The notes under the pieces were generated by a model. It saw only the letters and a list, made by a program, of their open reading frames with translations, made no database searches and was not told the origin of the DNA. The translations under genes were made by a program, and so were the position numbers. Below are positions 27,531 to 39,495 of a DNA stretch of 64,000 bases, one piece after another. How positions within the stretch are numbered: position 1 is the stretch's first letter; every line of letters starts with the position of its first letter. The stretch lies in assembly GCF_000150275.1 (NCBI RefSeq), contig NW_002060951.1:1436297-1500296 (forward strand). The letters are read 5' to 3'. This DNA is from Trichoplax adhaerens. Lineage: Eukaryota > Animalia > Placozoa.

Positions 27531-27556
27531 GTCGGGACGGATTGAGGTTTTTGATG
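27299..27556. repeat. Perfect 54-bp inverted repeat pair with a 150-bp spacer (MITE-like or foldback)
   Basis: 27299-27352 (catcaaaaacctcaatccgtcccgacatccgtactgtatccctggtactacagg) is the exact reverse complement of 27503-27556. No clear TSD. Confidence 0.9.
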
Positions 27557-27592
27557 CCCATGAAGCATCATGGGACGGTGCGGTCCATGTGA

Positions 27593-27633
27593 TTCTTCCT
27601 CCTTTACTTCTTTTCTAGCGGAATTTCTTCAAG
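27593..27633 (+). promoter_or_regulatory. RPLP0 polypyrimidine initiator (TCT/5'TOP-like) and non-coding first exon
   Basis: Pyrimidine tract ttcttcctcctttacttcttttct, then donor AAG|GTAGG at 27633/27634 and acceptor TTTTTAG at 28135. This layout is typical of ribosomal protein genes. Confidence 0.7.
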
Positions 27634-27994
27634 GTAGGAATGGCTGATGAAAATGTGATAATTCTTCAAAATTCTTCACTTCGTCATAATAATCTTGATA
27701 ATTTATAGTTTTAAACGGTGTATTAGATTATTTGTTATATAGAGGTTAATTCTTTACTTGCTTTTAACGTCCCGTAAGACTTTTATTCCACAAACTTTCC
27801 ACTCGTTTCCGTCCATTTGCACGCTAAAATTGAAATAACCCTATCACTGGGTTGAGTCCAGTACAGTACTACAATTTTCCCTATATAACATCTACAGTAT
27901 AGCACGTCGTCATGGCACGGGCACTAGCGTTCCTGTAAAACATGGCTATCATGTGCGCGTTCGTATTTTATGCAAGAGACTTATAAGTAATTGA

Positions 27995-28107
27995 TGTTCT
28001 AGCCGTTGTAGTTCAGCTTAGCGTAGAGATAATGCTCTGGAAATCAACGGAGATGATTAGTGTTATTCTGTGAAGATAGAGTCCTCAACGTTAGTTTACT
28101 AACACTA
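27995..28107 (+). ncRNA. Candidate intronic box H/ACA snoRNA in RPLP0 intron 1
   Basis: Hairpin 1 is closed by CCGTTG(28003-8)/CAACGG(28045-50). An H box AGATGA follows at 28051-56. Hairpin 2 (TAGTG/TACTA lower stem) ends with ACA at 28102-4, 14 nt from the base of the upper stem. No target identified. Confidence 0.4.
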
Positions 28108-28166
28108 ATCGAAGTGTTTGTATATTATTTTTTAGTCTTTAAAATTCCATCCTTGCCCAATCTAAA

Positions 28167-30014
28167 ATGGTCAGGGAAGACAGAGCAACTTGGAAGAGTA
28201 ACTATTTCATTAGGCTCATCGTAAGTATTTCAACATCTTGGCATAAAATAATGTTCGCTACTTTGGCAGCAATTTATTAATAGCAGTGGAAGACTGTATT
28301 TGCTAGCGCGCTTAAGACGTGGCTTTGTACGATTAGTTGTTCAAAAATTGCAATATTCTTTTTGCAGAATTTACTTGATGAGTTCCCAAGAGTCTTCATT
28401 GTCAACGTTGACAATGTTGGCTCAAATCAAATGCAACAGATTCGCATTAGCCTTCGTGGTCATGCCGGTAAGTTGAATTTAATATTACTAATCTTATTTC
28501 TCATGATGATATCTAGGCCGCACATATATTGTGAAACAGTATTGGAAAAATTTTCATAATACCTTTCAATTGATATTCACAGAAGTTCTCATGGGAAAGA
28601 ATACTATGATCCGCAAGGCTATTCGAGGACATATGAACAATAATCCCAACCTTGAAAAGTAATTACGCGACTTTCTACGATAGAATTGACTTGTGTTGTA
28701 CAATTAACCATTGTACTAAATCTATATCACATAGCTTGCTGACTCACATTCGTGGTAATGTTGGATTCGTATTCACCAAGGAGAATCTAAATGATATACG
28801 TGACAAGATTCTTGCAAACAAGGTACTTGCTACATTAATTGCGTTACATGTGTTATAATCATGATTAGAGTTATTTACTAGGCTGGTACAACTAATACAC
28901 GTTATTTAATTACAGGTTGCTGCACCAGCTAAAGCAGGAGCATTGGCACCTATCGATGTATTCCTTGATCCTCAAAATACTGGACTCGGACCGGAGAAAA
29001 CGTCTTTCTTCCAGGCTTTAACAATCCCGACTAAGATTTCCAGAGGAACCATCGAAATTTTGGTAAAAAAAATAAAGACAATAGGATAAATTTGGATCAT
29101 CAGTGGTTAGTATATTGGTCACATCTATAACAGCTTAACCTTTCTCATTCTAGAATAAAGTTCACTTGATCAAGAAGGACGAGAAAGTTGGAGCTTCTGA
29201 AGCTACGTTACTGAATATGTTGAAGGTTTCTCCCTTTACATACGGTCTAAAAATTTTGAAAAGTAAGTATTGGAACGTTCTTCTGCTAGCTAGTGTCTTA
29301 TAAAACTTGTAATACTTTATATAATCTACTTTGCACTAATTGATTACAATTTATAGTCTATGATGAAGGCAGCATATATGATCCAGCTGTACTGGATATT
29401 ACTGATGATGATATCGTTAAGAAATTTCTTCAGGTAGGTATTGTATATACATACAGTATAATTACAGTATCCAGTATATCACTGTTGTAATCAGCCCAAA
29501 GCACCTATTCGAATTGCATTTGGATTACACTATTATGATTGATATACAATTTGCAAAATCGCTGATGTAGGGTGTTCAACATGTTGCTGCTGTAAGTTTG
29601 CAAATTGGTTATCCAACTACGGTTTCAGTGCCACATTCGATCATAAATGGGTTTAAGGTAAATTTTGTTAGTTTGATTTTATAAGATTGAAGTTATTAAC
29701 GTTTGGATTTGATACATATTTTTTTCTATAGAATGTACTTGCTGTGGCTGTCGAGACCGACATCAACTTCCCTGAAGCTGAGAAAGTATGTAAATAAGTG
29801 TATACATTACATTGCTGTTTGATAGGCTTTGTATTGAGAATATTTTTCAATATACTTTTAGGCCAAAGCATTTTTAGCCGATCCAAGTGCATTTATTGTT
29901 GCTGCACCTGTTGCAGCAGCTGGTGAAGCTGAAGAAGCAAAACCCGCTAAGGAAGAAAAGCAAGAAGAAGAAGAAGAATCTGATGATGATATGGGCTTTG
30001 GACTTTTCGATTAG
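28167..30014 (+). CDS. RPLP0: 60S acidic ribosomal protein P0 (uL10), multi-exon
   Basis: Translation reads [14 protein letters not shown].., [66 protein letters not shown], and C-terminal [22 protein letters not shown] lies at 30069. Confidence 0.99.
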
Positions 30015-31290
30015 TTCTTAAAATTGTGTAAGATGTACACATACTTTGTGTATTTGATTCGAACTGATAATAAAAAGTCGTTGTAAAGATTTACGTTTAA
30101 CCACATAGTTTCTTCCTTTGCGTTGATGTTATTACTAGTTTAATAACTCGTTCAAAACTTTCATAGAATCATTTTACTTTATCAGAGATATTGCAATTAT
30201 AATGTTTATTAAACGTCAAAGTAGAAAAGTATTTTGCAAATGGTAGATATAGAGAAGTTTATTGCAACTGCAATAAGAATATAAGCATATACTATGATCA
30301 CTTGTAAATTTACTTTCACTGCAGTAGGTTTACTGTAGCAGAGCAAATTTAATCAGACGTTTTATAACATTTAATATATATGTATATATCTAATTAGACT
30401 TGATCTCTCGATTTGAGGTCGGCGTTGAAGCAAATTCAGTAGCAGTCTAATAAGAAATTGATACCCTAAGTAGAGTTACTTGTTTAGTATTCTAGTAAAT
30501 GGTCATCGCAGCACAGAATCAACCGCTATGATACGGCTTAGTTGTGTAAGTCAACAATTCATCAAGTAGCATATTTTAATGCTAGCAATGAAATATAAGG
30601 AACAAAAACGTTGGAATCATAAAAATTTTGTCATCCTTAACTGCTAAATAGGCTATCAATTACTCTTACTGTAAAATTTTTGTACTACTTGTACAACAAT
30701 CGCATAGCTTGCGTTATTATGTCGCTTATATTTAGCAAGAATAACATTCCCGCATGTCGAATTAATCATAGTGACGATAAAATGTTTTACTATGACATCT
30801 AATTAAAAACAAACAACTCTAAGACAATTCTTGGCATGCATAATGTAAATTATGTGGCAATGATTGTCAATCGATCAAAAATTTAAAAAAGCCTTATCTT
30901 ACTCAGTTAAAATTAGAAATTTAACTTTAAATTGATTAGCAGCGGAGCAGTGCCTTTGTACTTAACAAAACGTAAAAAAAGAAAATGGTCTTGCGCAATT
31001 AATTTTATGTGCTCAATGATTAGGAAATACTATCATATTACAATTATAATTATTTACGAAAGTGTAGCAACATTCGGAGTTCCCGGTCGATCGTTGTCGG
31101 CAAACTGTATTAGAGTTAGACATATGTATGTCGTACCCTCTAATACTACACTATCCAAATGAACAAATTAAGGAATGTGTCAGTTTGCCGACCGTACGAC
31201 TGTTAGCTTAAAGATTAGATTTAAAGTTGTAATTCAATATTATAAAAAGCTTTTTAGCTGCAAGTTTACTCATTCGTCATTGCTTGAGTG

Positions 31291-34200
31291 TTAAACGGGT
31301 GGGATATCTTTCATTGATGTATTATCACCCGTTTGGCTTCTAAGAGATACACGAGATGGTGGTCTACTCTTGCGGCTTCGGAGTGAAGCTTGCGATTGTC
31401 GTATATTTGGCTGTGAACCAAGTAAGTTTTCAACATCTTGAGCACCACGCTGTATGGCTTGTCTTACTTTATCATCCATTCCAACAATTCCCATATCGCC
31501 AAATACCTATGGTATAGACACAGTTAAGAGTTAATTTTTATTATACCGACAATATGTATTTGTATACGATATAGATTATCATAAATATCTATTAATTAAA
31601 AGGTCTAATTTTAGTTCACTTAAATATTATTACTTGCAACGAGTGTAAAATTAAATTTAACAGACATATTAGAGCTGCAATGAAATTATTAATGTATTTA
31701 TTTAGCAGCCTTGTTAACTCCGAAGACTGATCCAGATTCGTAATTTGAATCAATTTATATAAGTTACTCGTACTGAAGCTATCAATGGAAATAGTTCTCA
31801 AATACGACGATTTCATCAATAATTATATACAGGCAATCATTACCTCTACAATAGCACCGTCTGGTAGTCTAAGAAAATGCCTGTATAACTCTCGGAGTCC
31901 ATCCAAATGTAACGAATGAATGGACAAATGAGTTGTAGTTTCTCTCTTTCCCTTGTCTGTCGATTCTATTACCTCTCCCCATTCATTCTCTTCCATCTAT
32001 TTATTCCAAATAGAGTTAGAAATGATTTATAATTACTTACTATGACATTATTTAGTTCAACTTGATTATTATCAATCTAAACCTAAGAAATGTATGGTGA
32101 AAACTGTATATTATACGTAACCTACTATGTGCGATTATGGTAAAAAATAGGTTTGTGATACTAAAAACGATTGTGTTAAATGTTTACCTGCTCTTCTTCC
32201 CAAACGTAATCGTAAACGGCAACTTTTCTACGTTCACCCTCTTCACCTCTCCATTTCTCTGCTTTTCTACAGATGAAATTTAATTCTTCATTGGAGATTT
32301 CAAGGTCATGGGGAATGAAGAAATCTCCAGGACCGCCATGTAAACGCTGATAGACATCTAACATTCTACCGTTATTATGGAGTCGTAAAAAGTACATGTA
32401 TAAAATAGCACATCCAATGAAAATGGTGAAAATATATAAGAAACTAGTCAGCAATATGCCGACCGCACCACTCTGCTGTAAGTTGAGGAAATGATTATAT
32501 AACTTGAATGCATCGCCTACAGGTGTTACGACTGATTTTGATCCAATTAAAGTTCCATTGACATAATTGCCGCCAATTTGTTCGATTTTACTTGAAAATC
32601 GGCCGGTAGCACAATCCACAATTAGGATAAGGAGAGGATCAAGTATAGTTTCAATACCAAAGGCAATAGTAAATTTAGATCCTAAACTTGGAAAGCTTCC
32701 AAATATACGCTGTGATGCCCAACTTGAAATGACCAAAAGTATAAATATAACGATGTCGGTCCCAGGTCCAAATAAAACAACTAACATCTCTTGACGCGTA
32801 TGCAGCAAGGAATCTTGATAGGTTAAGGTAACAGTATAGGGCTTGAATTCGAACCTAGTATTATTAACATGCAAGTAAGAGATATGCAATAAATTAATTG
32901 AAACGCAAAATGTACAAAAAAATTTTCACTAATAAGGATATAAGGTAAAATATAAATTGTAAATATTTATAATAATTACAGCAAATCCAATATTTCTTTA
33001 TACCTGCTCGGAAATATGCTTAGCCATGTAATGATATAAACATATTGCCCGATGTAATGGGCATACATTCTGGCAAAGAATACCAATATGAACATAACGA
33101 ACATTACCCAAAATTCTCTGGATCGCCATTGTGATAAACCCAACTCTGCCAGGAACTGTCTACCAACATAATCCATTTTTTCATTAGAATCTTGATCTGG
33201 TCTGGCTTTGTTCGAAAATGGAGTTCTATACATGAAATAAAGTAAATATGAGAATAACAGGGTACAATCGGTGATTTCCCTAATCACCTTAACTAATAAA
33301 CTGCCAAATGTAATGGTATAGTTTTTACTTAATCTCATTAATCGTATTTTCAGATTTTATTTGTGAATTTTATTAATCACGTACTGTACAGCCATGGTAT
33401 GCTGTTCCAGTTCTTCTTGATACGTTAGCTTTCGCTTTTGCATAGTCCTAAGAATTTGTGTTTTAGGCAACATGGTGTAATACTTTCGAGCGTAGACATC
33501 GATGGGATTATTGAGATGCCTCTGTTACATTTGCATAAGGTACAAGTTAACTCGAGGGATTAATAACAGGCACAAAAAATGTTCTTATAAAGTTGTAGAG
33601 ATAGTCTAACCTTGTAGTATAATCCTGGCTCTCCTGGTATAGGCTGAAAATCTTCATCTTTATTCTGCATGAAGGTTTCATCTATATCACTTTCGTCATC
33701 GGAGTCATCATCTTTCTCACTGGCTGTGCCTTCCAATAATTTTCTTGACATTACAACAGATGTTGGATCTGTTTGGAAGCCACTCTTACCTATTTTGCCG
33801 ACACGCTTTGATAAAATATGTTTCATAAATAAAGAAAGTCATTGATTAGTTGTGTTTATATCTGTATATGTCAATATCGCAAGCGTTGATTGTAATAGCT
33901 ATAATTTTTGATTTCAAATAATATTAACCTTTTCATCTGCTTGGTCATTTTTATTATCTTTGCTATCAGATCCAGTAGAGATAGCACTTATCAAACTATC
34001 TCGTCTTGACTCTCCATCTGTTTGTAGGTTAACACGAGATCCAAAGACAGGCTTTTCTCCGTCTTTAGTTTCTTCAACAACTCGTGTACGGTCAGGGAAA
34101 GCAATCATGTTGGAACTAAATTGTAACTCTACTTCATATTCCTTTTGGCCCGCCAAGTATCTACGAGCATAAATTTAGAGACGATTTGGATATATTTTGA

Positions 34201-37200
34201 AACGGAACGAGCATTAGTTGCTGTTACTAATAAGTTAATTGAGTCATAGTTTTTAGTAACTTAATATTAAAATTGTAGCAATTAGTCGCAATACGTTAAA
34301 TGTGCAATTACGATACCTTGGTAGCTTGATAACTTCAAAATAAATGTTACCCAGCCAATAATCGATGTCGTGAGTTAACAAGGCTTCAATTTTGGTATGT
34401 TTGTCAATACTTGGATCAACGTCACCCCTGATAAGGGGGCACTTATACCTAAGATAAAAATATAAGGTACATTAGCAAAGTCTAGAAGGACCTATGGTAA
34501 TATAAAAGTATACTGAACTTATTAAATGCAGCTTGCGAAGATTAGACAAAAATTTTAGATAATTTTCTAGATTTTAAAGCAGAATACTAATGAATATTTG
34601 ACTATCGGTTTATTCGGAGAACCACAATGATGAAAAAATATTTGGGCTCCATGCTTATCACTACAATAACTTTAATATTGTGTAACGGTGTAGTTGATAT
34701 TACCTTCCTTCGATAATGTTAAATTTAGCATCACAGATTGGGAAACATCCCCATCCAACAACCCGATCAACTGGTGTTACTTCACCACGGAGAATGAATA
34801 GCTCAAAGACCAATATCATACCAGGGCGTACATCGGGCTTCGATGGACACACCGTGAAGACGCTTTGATTGAACTAGTAATCGAAGTTATATATAATATA
34901 TAAGTTACTATATGCATCAATTTCTAGCTTTAATTTTTTACTTCGTTTACAGTAATATGCTAACCTTCATATCGACATTGAAGAAGTTCCCATCATGAGA
35001 AACTGGAAGCGTTGCACCACCCCATTGTTGGCCTTTTAGGTTTGACCAACGAAGAACATGGCCACCTAATCGATCATACATGGATACCATAACGACATAT
35101 CGCCCGACTAATAATTGAAGAAATAATTGATATGAATGATTATCCGTAGATTAAGTATGTAGAAATGGTCAGTAATGAAGCGAAAGAATTCGTAACAAAT
35201 GAAATTATGAAGTCTGTACCAGGTAATTTGTCTTTGATAGCTCGTACACATTTAACCTTAACTTGGATTGGTTGGGGAGTTTTATCCCAATCGACTTTCC
35301 AACGGCGTCCTTTACTACCTCCATAAGCATTATCAGCCATAATTAAATCTCCATAAAGTGTCTAGGAGTATAGTACAAGTAAGAAGAAAAATTAATTTAT
35401 GAGAAATAACGAAGGACTTACACCTCTAATCTATAATAATGCGGTGATTGAAATTAACTGTAAGACACAGCTATTTTTTCATAACGAAAAATGGCAGACA
35501 CAGACGACTGTGTTACATTTAAACATATTCACAATAAATTTACATATCTAATAACCTTAACTTCACCCTTGCGTCTTTCTAATGCAGTCATAAGTTGATT
35601 TTCAGCGCGCTTAAATGATTTATGTAAATGATCTTGTTGTATACGATTCATTTGCAAATTGGCTGCCTGTTAAGTTAAGAGAACCTCGATTATGTTAGCT
35701 ATGTTGTAATGTAACGAAGTTAAACAAGTAATTAACAGCAATTTGTAAGATATAAAGTATTATACCTCTCGTTTTCGAACAGATTTTTGCTTTTCCTTAA
35801 TATATTTGACGACATTCTTCTTTGCGCCTTCTTCTTTTAATAGAATTTCTTCTTGTAATTTCTTTTGCATTGTAGCCTGTTGTTGTTGATACTCTATATG
35901 CTCAGCTTTAAGTCTCATCTCTTCTTCCTGTTAATAAATACCATAAAATTAAGTTACAAAGACTAATTTCATTTAAAAACTTATATTTGCAACAGATAGT
36001 TAAAAGTAAATGCGGCACCCTTACAGAATCCTACATTACTATCCTAAGATATTTAGTGAAAAATTTTCAGCACCTGTATTTCTTCAAGGGACACTTTGCC
36101 AATCATTAGTACATCATCTTGTACCTCTCGCTCGAAATTATCCACATATGGTTCAAACTCTTCATCAATTAATTTTGTTTTTAATTCACTAATTTTTTTG
36201 TAATTTTCTTGCAGTTCTGGGCGAGCGAATAGAGTTGGTGGTTCAGCTGTGCTTTCCAGCTCGGTTTCGCCACTTTCTATAGCTCCCATCAATTTATCCA
36301 AATTCATTACTTCTGGATTATTTTCTGGTGGAACTAAGTACAAGAGTTACATAACATATTAGAGATCATTCGAAAAGATTTCGACGTAGATATGTAAAGT
36401 AAAGATTATTTTGAATTTTCTGGCACAAATGTTTTGTTGAAGGAATTATCAACTAGCCCGTTTCAAATATTTACCATATTGTGGTAGCTCATCCCTAGGA
36501 ATATTGCCATATTTCTGTGTGATTTCGCCAAGATCGGGAGACATGTAGGGAATTTCTTCAATAGCTAAAAATATATAATTCAAATTATCACTATGTTTAC
36601 ACGATATGCTACACTGTTTTATTATATTCATAATCATACTAATTGCGGTATCTTTCGGTGTATTAGGATCGCTGTTTTCTTCATTGCTCTACGAATTATT
36701 TAATACAGAATATTAATTAAATACAGCATAGGTGAGTTATTTTTAAAAAGTTTAAGGATGGTATGAGATATGATTAATTCTATCGCTAATCTGAGCCAGT
36801 GAAGAATGGAAGTACAATCAAGAACAATATTTGTTGAAATATGGTCAATAAACCTGTTGATTCGATTCGGTAGCCGTGCTTTCTTGATCTGGCTTTGTGT
36901 TTGGCTCGTCCACTTTATCGATCGATTCAGCTTGTTTTTGAATGTTTTCGGTAGTTTCCGCTTCTTCAGGACGCACATTAGGCTGTTCTTGATTTACTTG
37001 ATTTACTATCTCTTCATTGGAATCCCCTGTAACACTTGCGCCGGGGCTATTTTGTTCCTTGTTCTCAGTAGTTTTCGCTTCTTCTGGCTGCACATTAGGC
37101 TGTTCTTCATTGACTTGATTTACTATCTCTTCATTGGAATCTCCTGTAATACTTGCGCCAGGGCTATTTTGTTCATTGTTCTCGGTAGTTTTCGCTTCTT

Positions 37201-37558
37201 CTGGCTGCACATTAGGATGTTCTCCATTGACTTGATTTACTATCTCTTCATTGGAATCTCCTGTAACACTTGCGCCAGGACTATTTTGTTCATTGTTCTC
37301 AGATATTGTCGGAGTTTCATCCGATACGGAGACGCCATTACCAGGCTCTAAAGTTGCTTCATCTTGAGTTGGTTGAGGTGTATTATCCTCTTGGATTTCA
37401 TTGCTGTTGGCATTGCTTTCGTCATTATTTTCTTCATTTGTTGGCGTATTTTCTTGTTGTGTTTCGGCAGCAGGGGTATCTTGATCCTGATTTGTTTGTT
37501 GTGTCTGCTGCTCGATTTCTTGTTCAGCTTTGCTCACATTATCTAAATTATCGGCCAT
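31291..37558 (-). CDS. OFCC1: OFCC1/ojoplano-like multi-pass membrane protein with acidic N-terminus and coiled coil, multi-exon
   Basis: Recognisable blocks are WKVDWDKTPQPIQVKVKCVRAIKDKLP, MVSMYDRLGGHVLRWS, ELGLSQWRSREFW, GDAFKLY, YFLRLHNNGRMLDVYQRLHG..FFIPHDLEIS and RELYRHFLRLPDGAIVEVFGD. Introns are GT-AG. Family assignment is from memory. Confidence 0.85.
36945..37301 (-). repeat. Three 117-bp (39-aa) coding tandem repeats in exon 1 of the OFCC1-like gene
   Basis: ENNEQNSPGASVTGDSNEEIVNQVNGEHPNVQPEEAKTT occurs three times. The anchor cttgcgcc sits at 37035, 37152 and 37269. Confidence 0.95.
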
Positions 37559-37900
37559 CTCTAGACCACGATAATACTTTAGTGTAAGGGTATAAACACG
37601 ATTGCGAGTTTACTGGCCTCGTCTTATATCGTCGATTAGAAATTTTGAAAATTTTGCGGAAAAAGTAAGGTTATCCAATGAGGTTCAAATAGCGTTAAGG
37701 AGTTTGAAAATTTGAGAAAATTTTTCCGATGAAATAGAGGAAACCGGATTTATTATTTTTTAACACGACGATTAAAAAAGTGTCGATCTCTAACACTATC
37801 TTGTATAATATAATATACAGTCGTGGGTATAGTTTATTGCTTTTATCTTGAGGCGCTGCATCTTATTTACGATCATGTCAAGCATTGTGCACTTCTCTTC

Positions 37901-37938
37901 GGACGTCACGGCGTTGCTAAGTTACACCGTTGACGTCA
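37901..37938. promoter_or_regulatory. Putative OFCC1-like promoter: X-box-like site flanked by CRE sites
   Basis: GACGTCA at 37902-8, GTTGCTAAGTTAC at 37913-25 (near RFX consensus) and a perfect TGACGTCA at 37931-38, about 350 bp upstream of the ATG. Confidence 0.45.
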
Positions 37939-38879
37939 TCCCATGATCTAACGATAAGTCATATACTGTAGAGTCTACCTGAAAAAGGTTCGGTTCGGTT
38001 CAATACCTTTATGGTCTATACAGACTATACTCATATGTCGAGATTTCAGCACTTTTTTACAGTAATAATAATATTATTATGTGCATGTGGAGTAAAATAC
38101 TACTAGTCAGGACTATTCAATTTATAAAATAAAAGAGAGTTAATTAATATACATGCAGTCATGTTACTGCAAACACTAAATAAGATCCAAGGCGTAAACT
38201 AGCCGAGCCGGACAGGGTAGGGCAAAGACAGTAGTGACCAGTGCTCCATACAATCCTAGCAGGTTGGTTAAAGCTTTGTACTTGAGACTTGAGTCAAATG
38301 TCGCTCCAAACTCCGATTGATATTTTTATGACGACAGGCGACTATTTCTTTACTCAAACGCCTCAAATGATGCTGTAACTATATGACCGTGGAGATTATG
38401 CATTTATGTATAAATATACAGCAATCAGGGATCTGGAAATGATCGTTCAGTAGACCGGAAATGTCGGTCTATTTTGTCAGTCATTTCAACTGCGGTCATC
38501 CAAATGAGCTGCACAAATGTGCGTGCGTTTTTTGACTGCTTAGTATTAGCGCTGTACCTAGCACAATCGACAGTACAGTACTCTACTCAGCATATGCTCA
38601 TTGCATTACAATCATTGAACAGTCACGGACGAGAAGGAGACCAGGACGGATCGCTGCCTCGGATGGATGGACTTTTTACCAAATGAGGTACTACCGAAAA
38701 ATGACTACTTAGTATGAATCTTCCGTGTCTGTTTTCTAAATCACTCGTATTCAATTTGAATAACATTCATGACTTAAAAGTGACTGCTTCCAAGCAGAGC
38801 TTAAGCAATGGAATACAATGTAATATTACTTACTTAATTTACTAAAAATCAGTCAATTGAGAATGGAGCGTCTGCATAC

Positions 38880-39165
38880 TTCAATACTGTACACTACAGT
38901 GTACAGTACTCTCATAACGAAGTGTTTCGCTCAATATTTTGACGAGATACTGTACTGCAGGCCGAAAGCGCCTGTCCGTCCGAGAGTACTGTAATCAGTC
39001 CAAGTCCGTCTTCTAGTAGTCCATGGCATAGTACAGTACCAGGAAGGTTGTACTGTACTGTACAGTGTACAGTACTGTACCATGGTCGTCTCATACTGTA
39101 TACGGTACTGCACCGTACCGTACGATACCGTATACAGTCCTGCTGGAATTAAAGTGCCAGGGCTT
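38880..39165. repeat. TACTG/CAGTA pentamer array upstream of MTMR9
   Basis: For example tactgtactgtacagtgtacagtactgtacc at 39051-39081. Confidence 0.8.
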
Positions 39166-39495
39166 ATCGCGCCCCATTCTACTACCGTAGTACAGTACTA
39201 CGGTATCCACTCAGTGAACAAGCCTAAGGGTTTAGTCCAGGTGGTCCAGCCAAGTCCGCAATTTCAACTACATCAAGAGTTAGTCTGTAGTTCAACCTTT
39301 AGGGATTAATTATTTATTTATTTCCCTTCATGTGATTCTGATTGCAGTATTCAATAGTTGTGGATCAGTCAAGTGGGAAATCTATCCATCCTATACGTAA
39401 ATAGAATTGAAGCGATACTCTACCTCGGATTAAATCATTCTGTGCTATTTGATTTATTTCAGTCATCCAATCACTTTTCCATACAGTACATGATC

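Noticed and set aside
26935-27571. Five overlapping ORFs rich in TVQY/STVLY
   Set aside because: Products of the stop-poor TACTG pentamer repeat; the same artefact occurs at 38912-39309, 52067-52558 and 55843-56502
28503-28582. ATGATGA C-box in an RPLP0 intron
   Set aside because: No terminal CTGA D box or closing stem
36806-37587. Hydrophobic plus-strand ORFs (181, 105 and 60 aa)
   Set aside because: Antisense shadows of the acidic repeat exon of the OFCC1-like gene
38950-38980. CAGGCCGAAAGCGCCTG hairpin resembling hammerhead stem II
   Set aside because: Lacks the CUGANGA and downstream GAAA core; only a short GNRA-type hairpin
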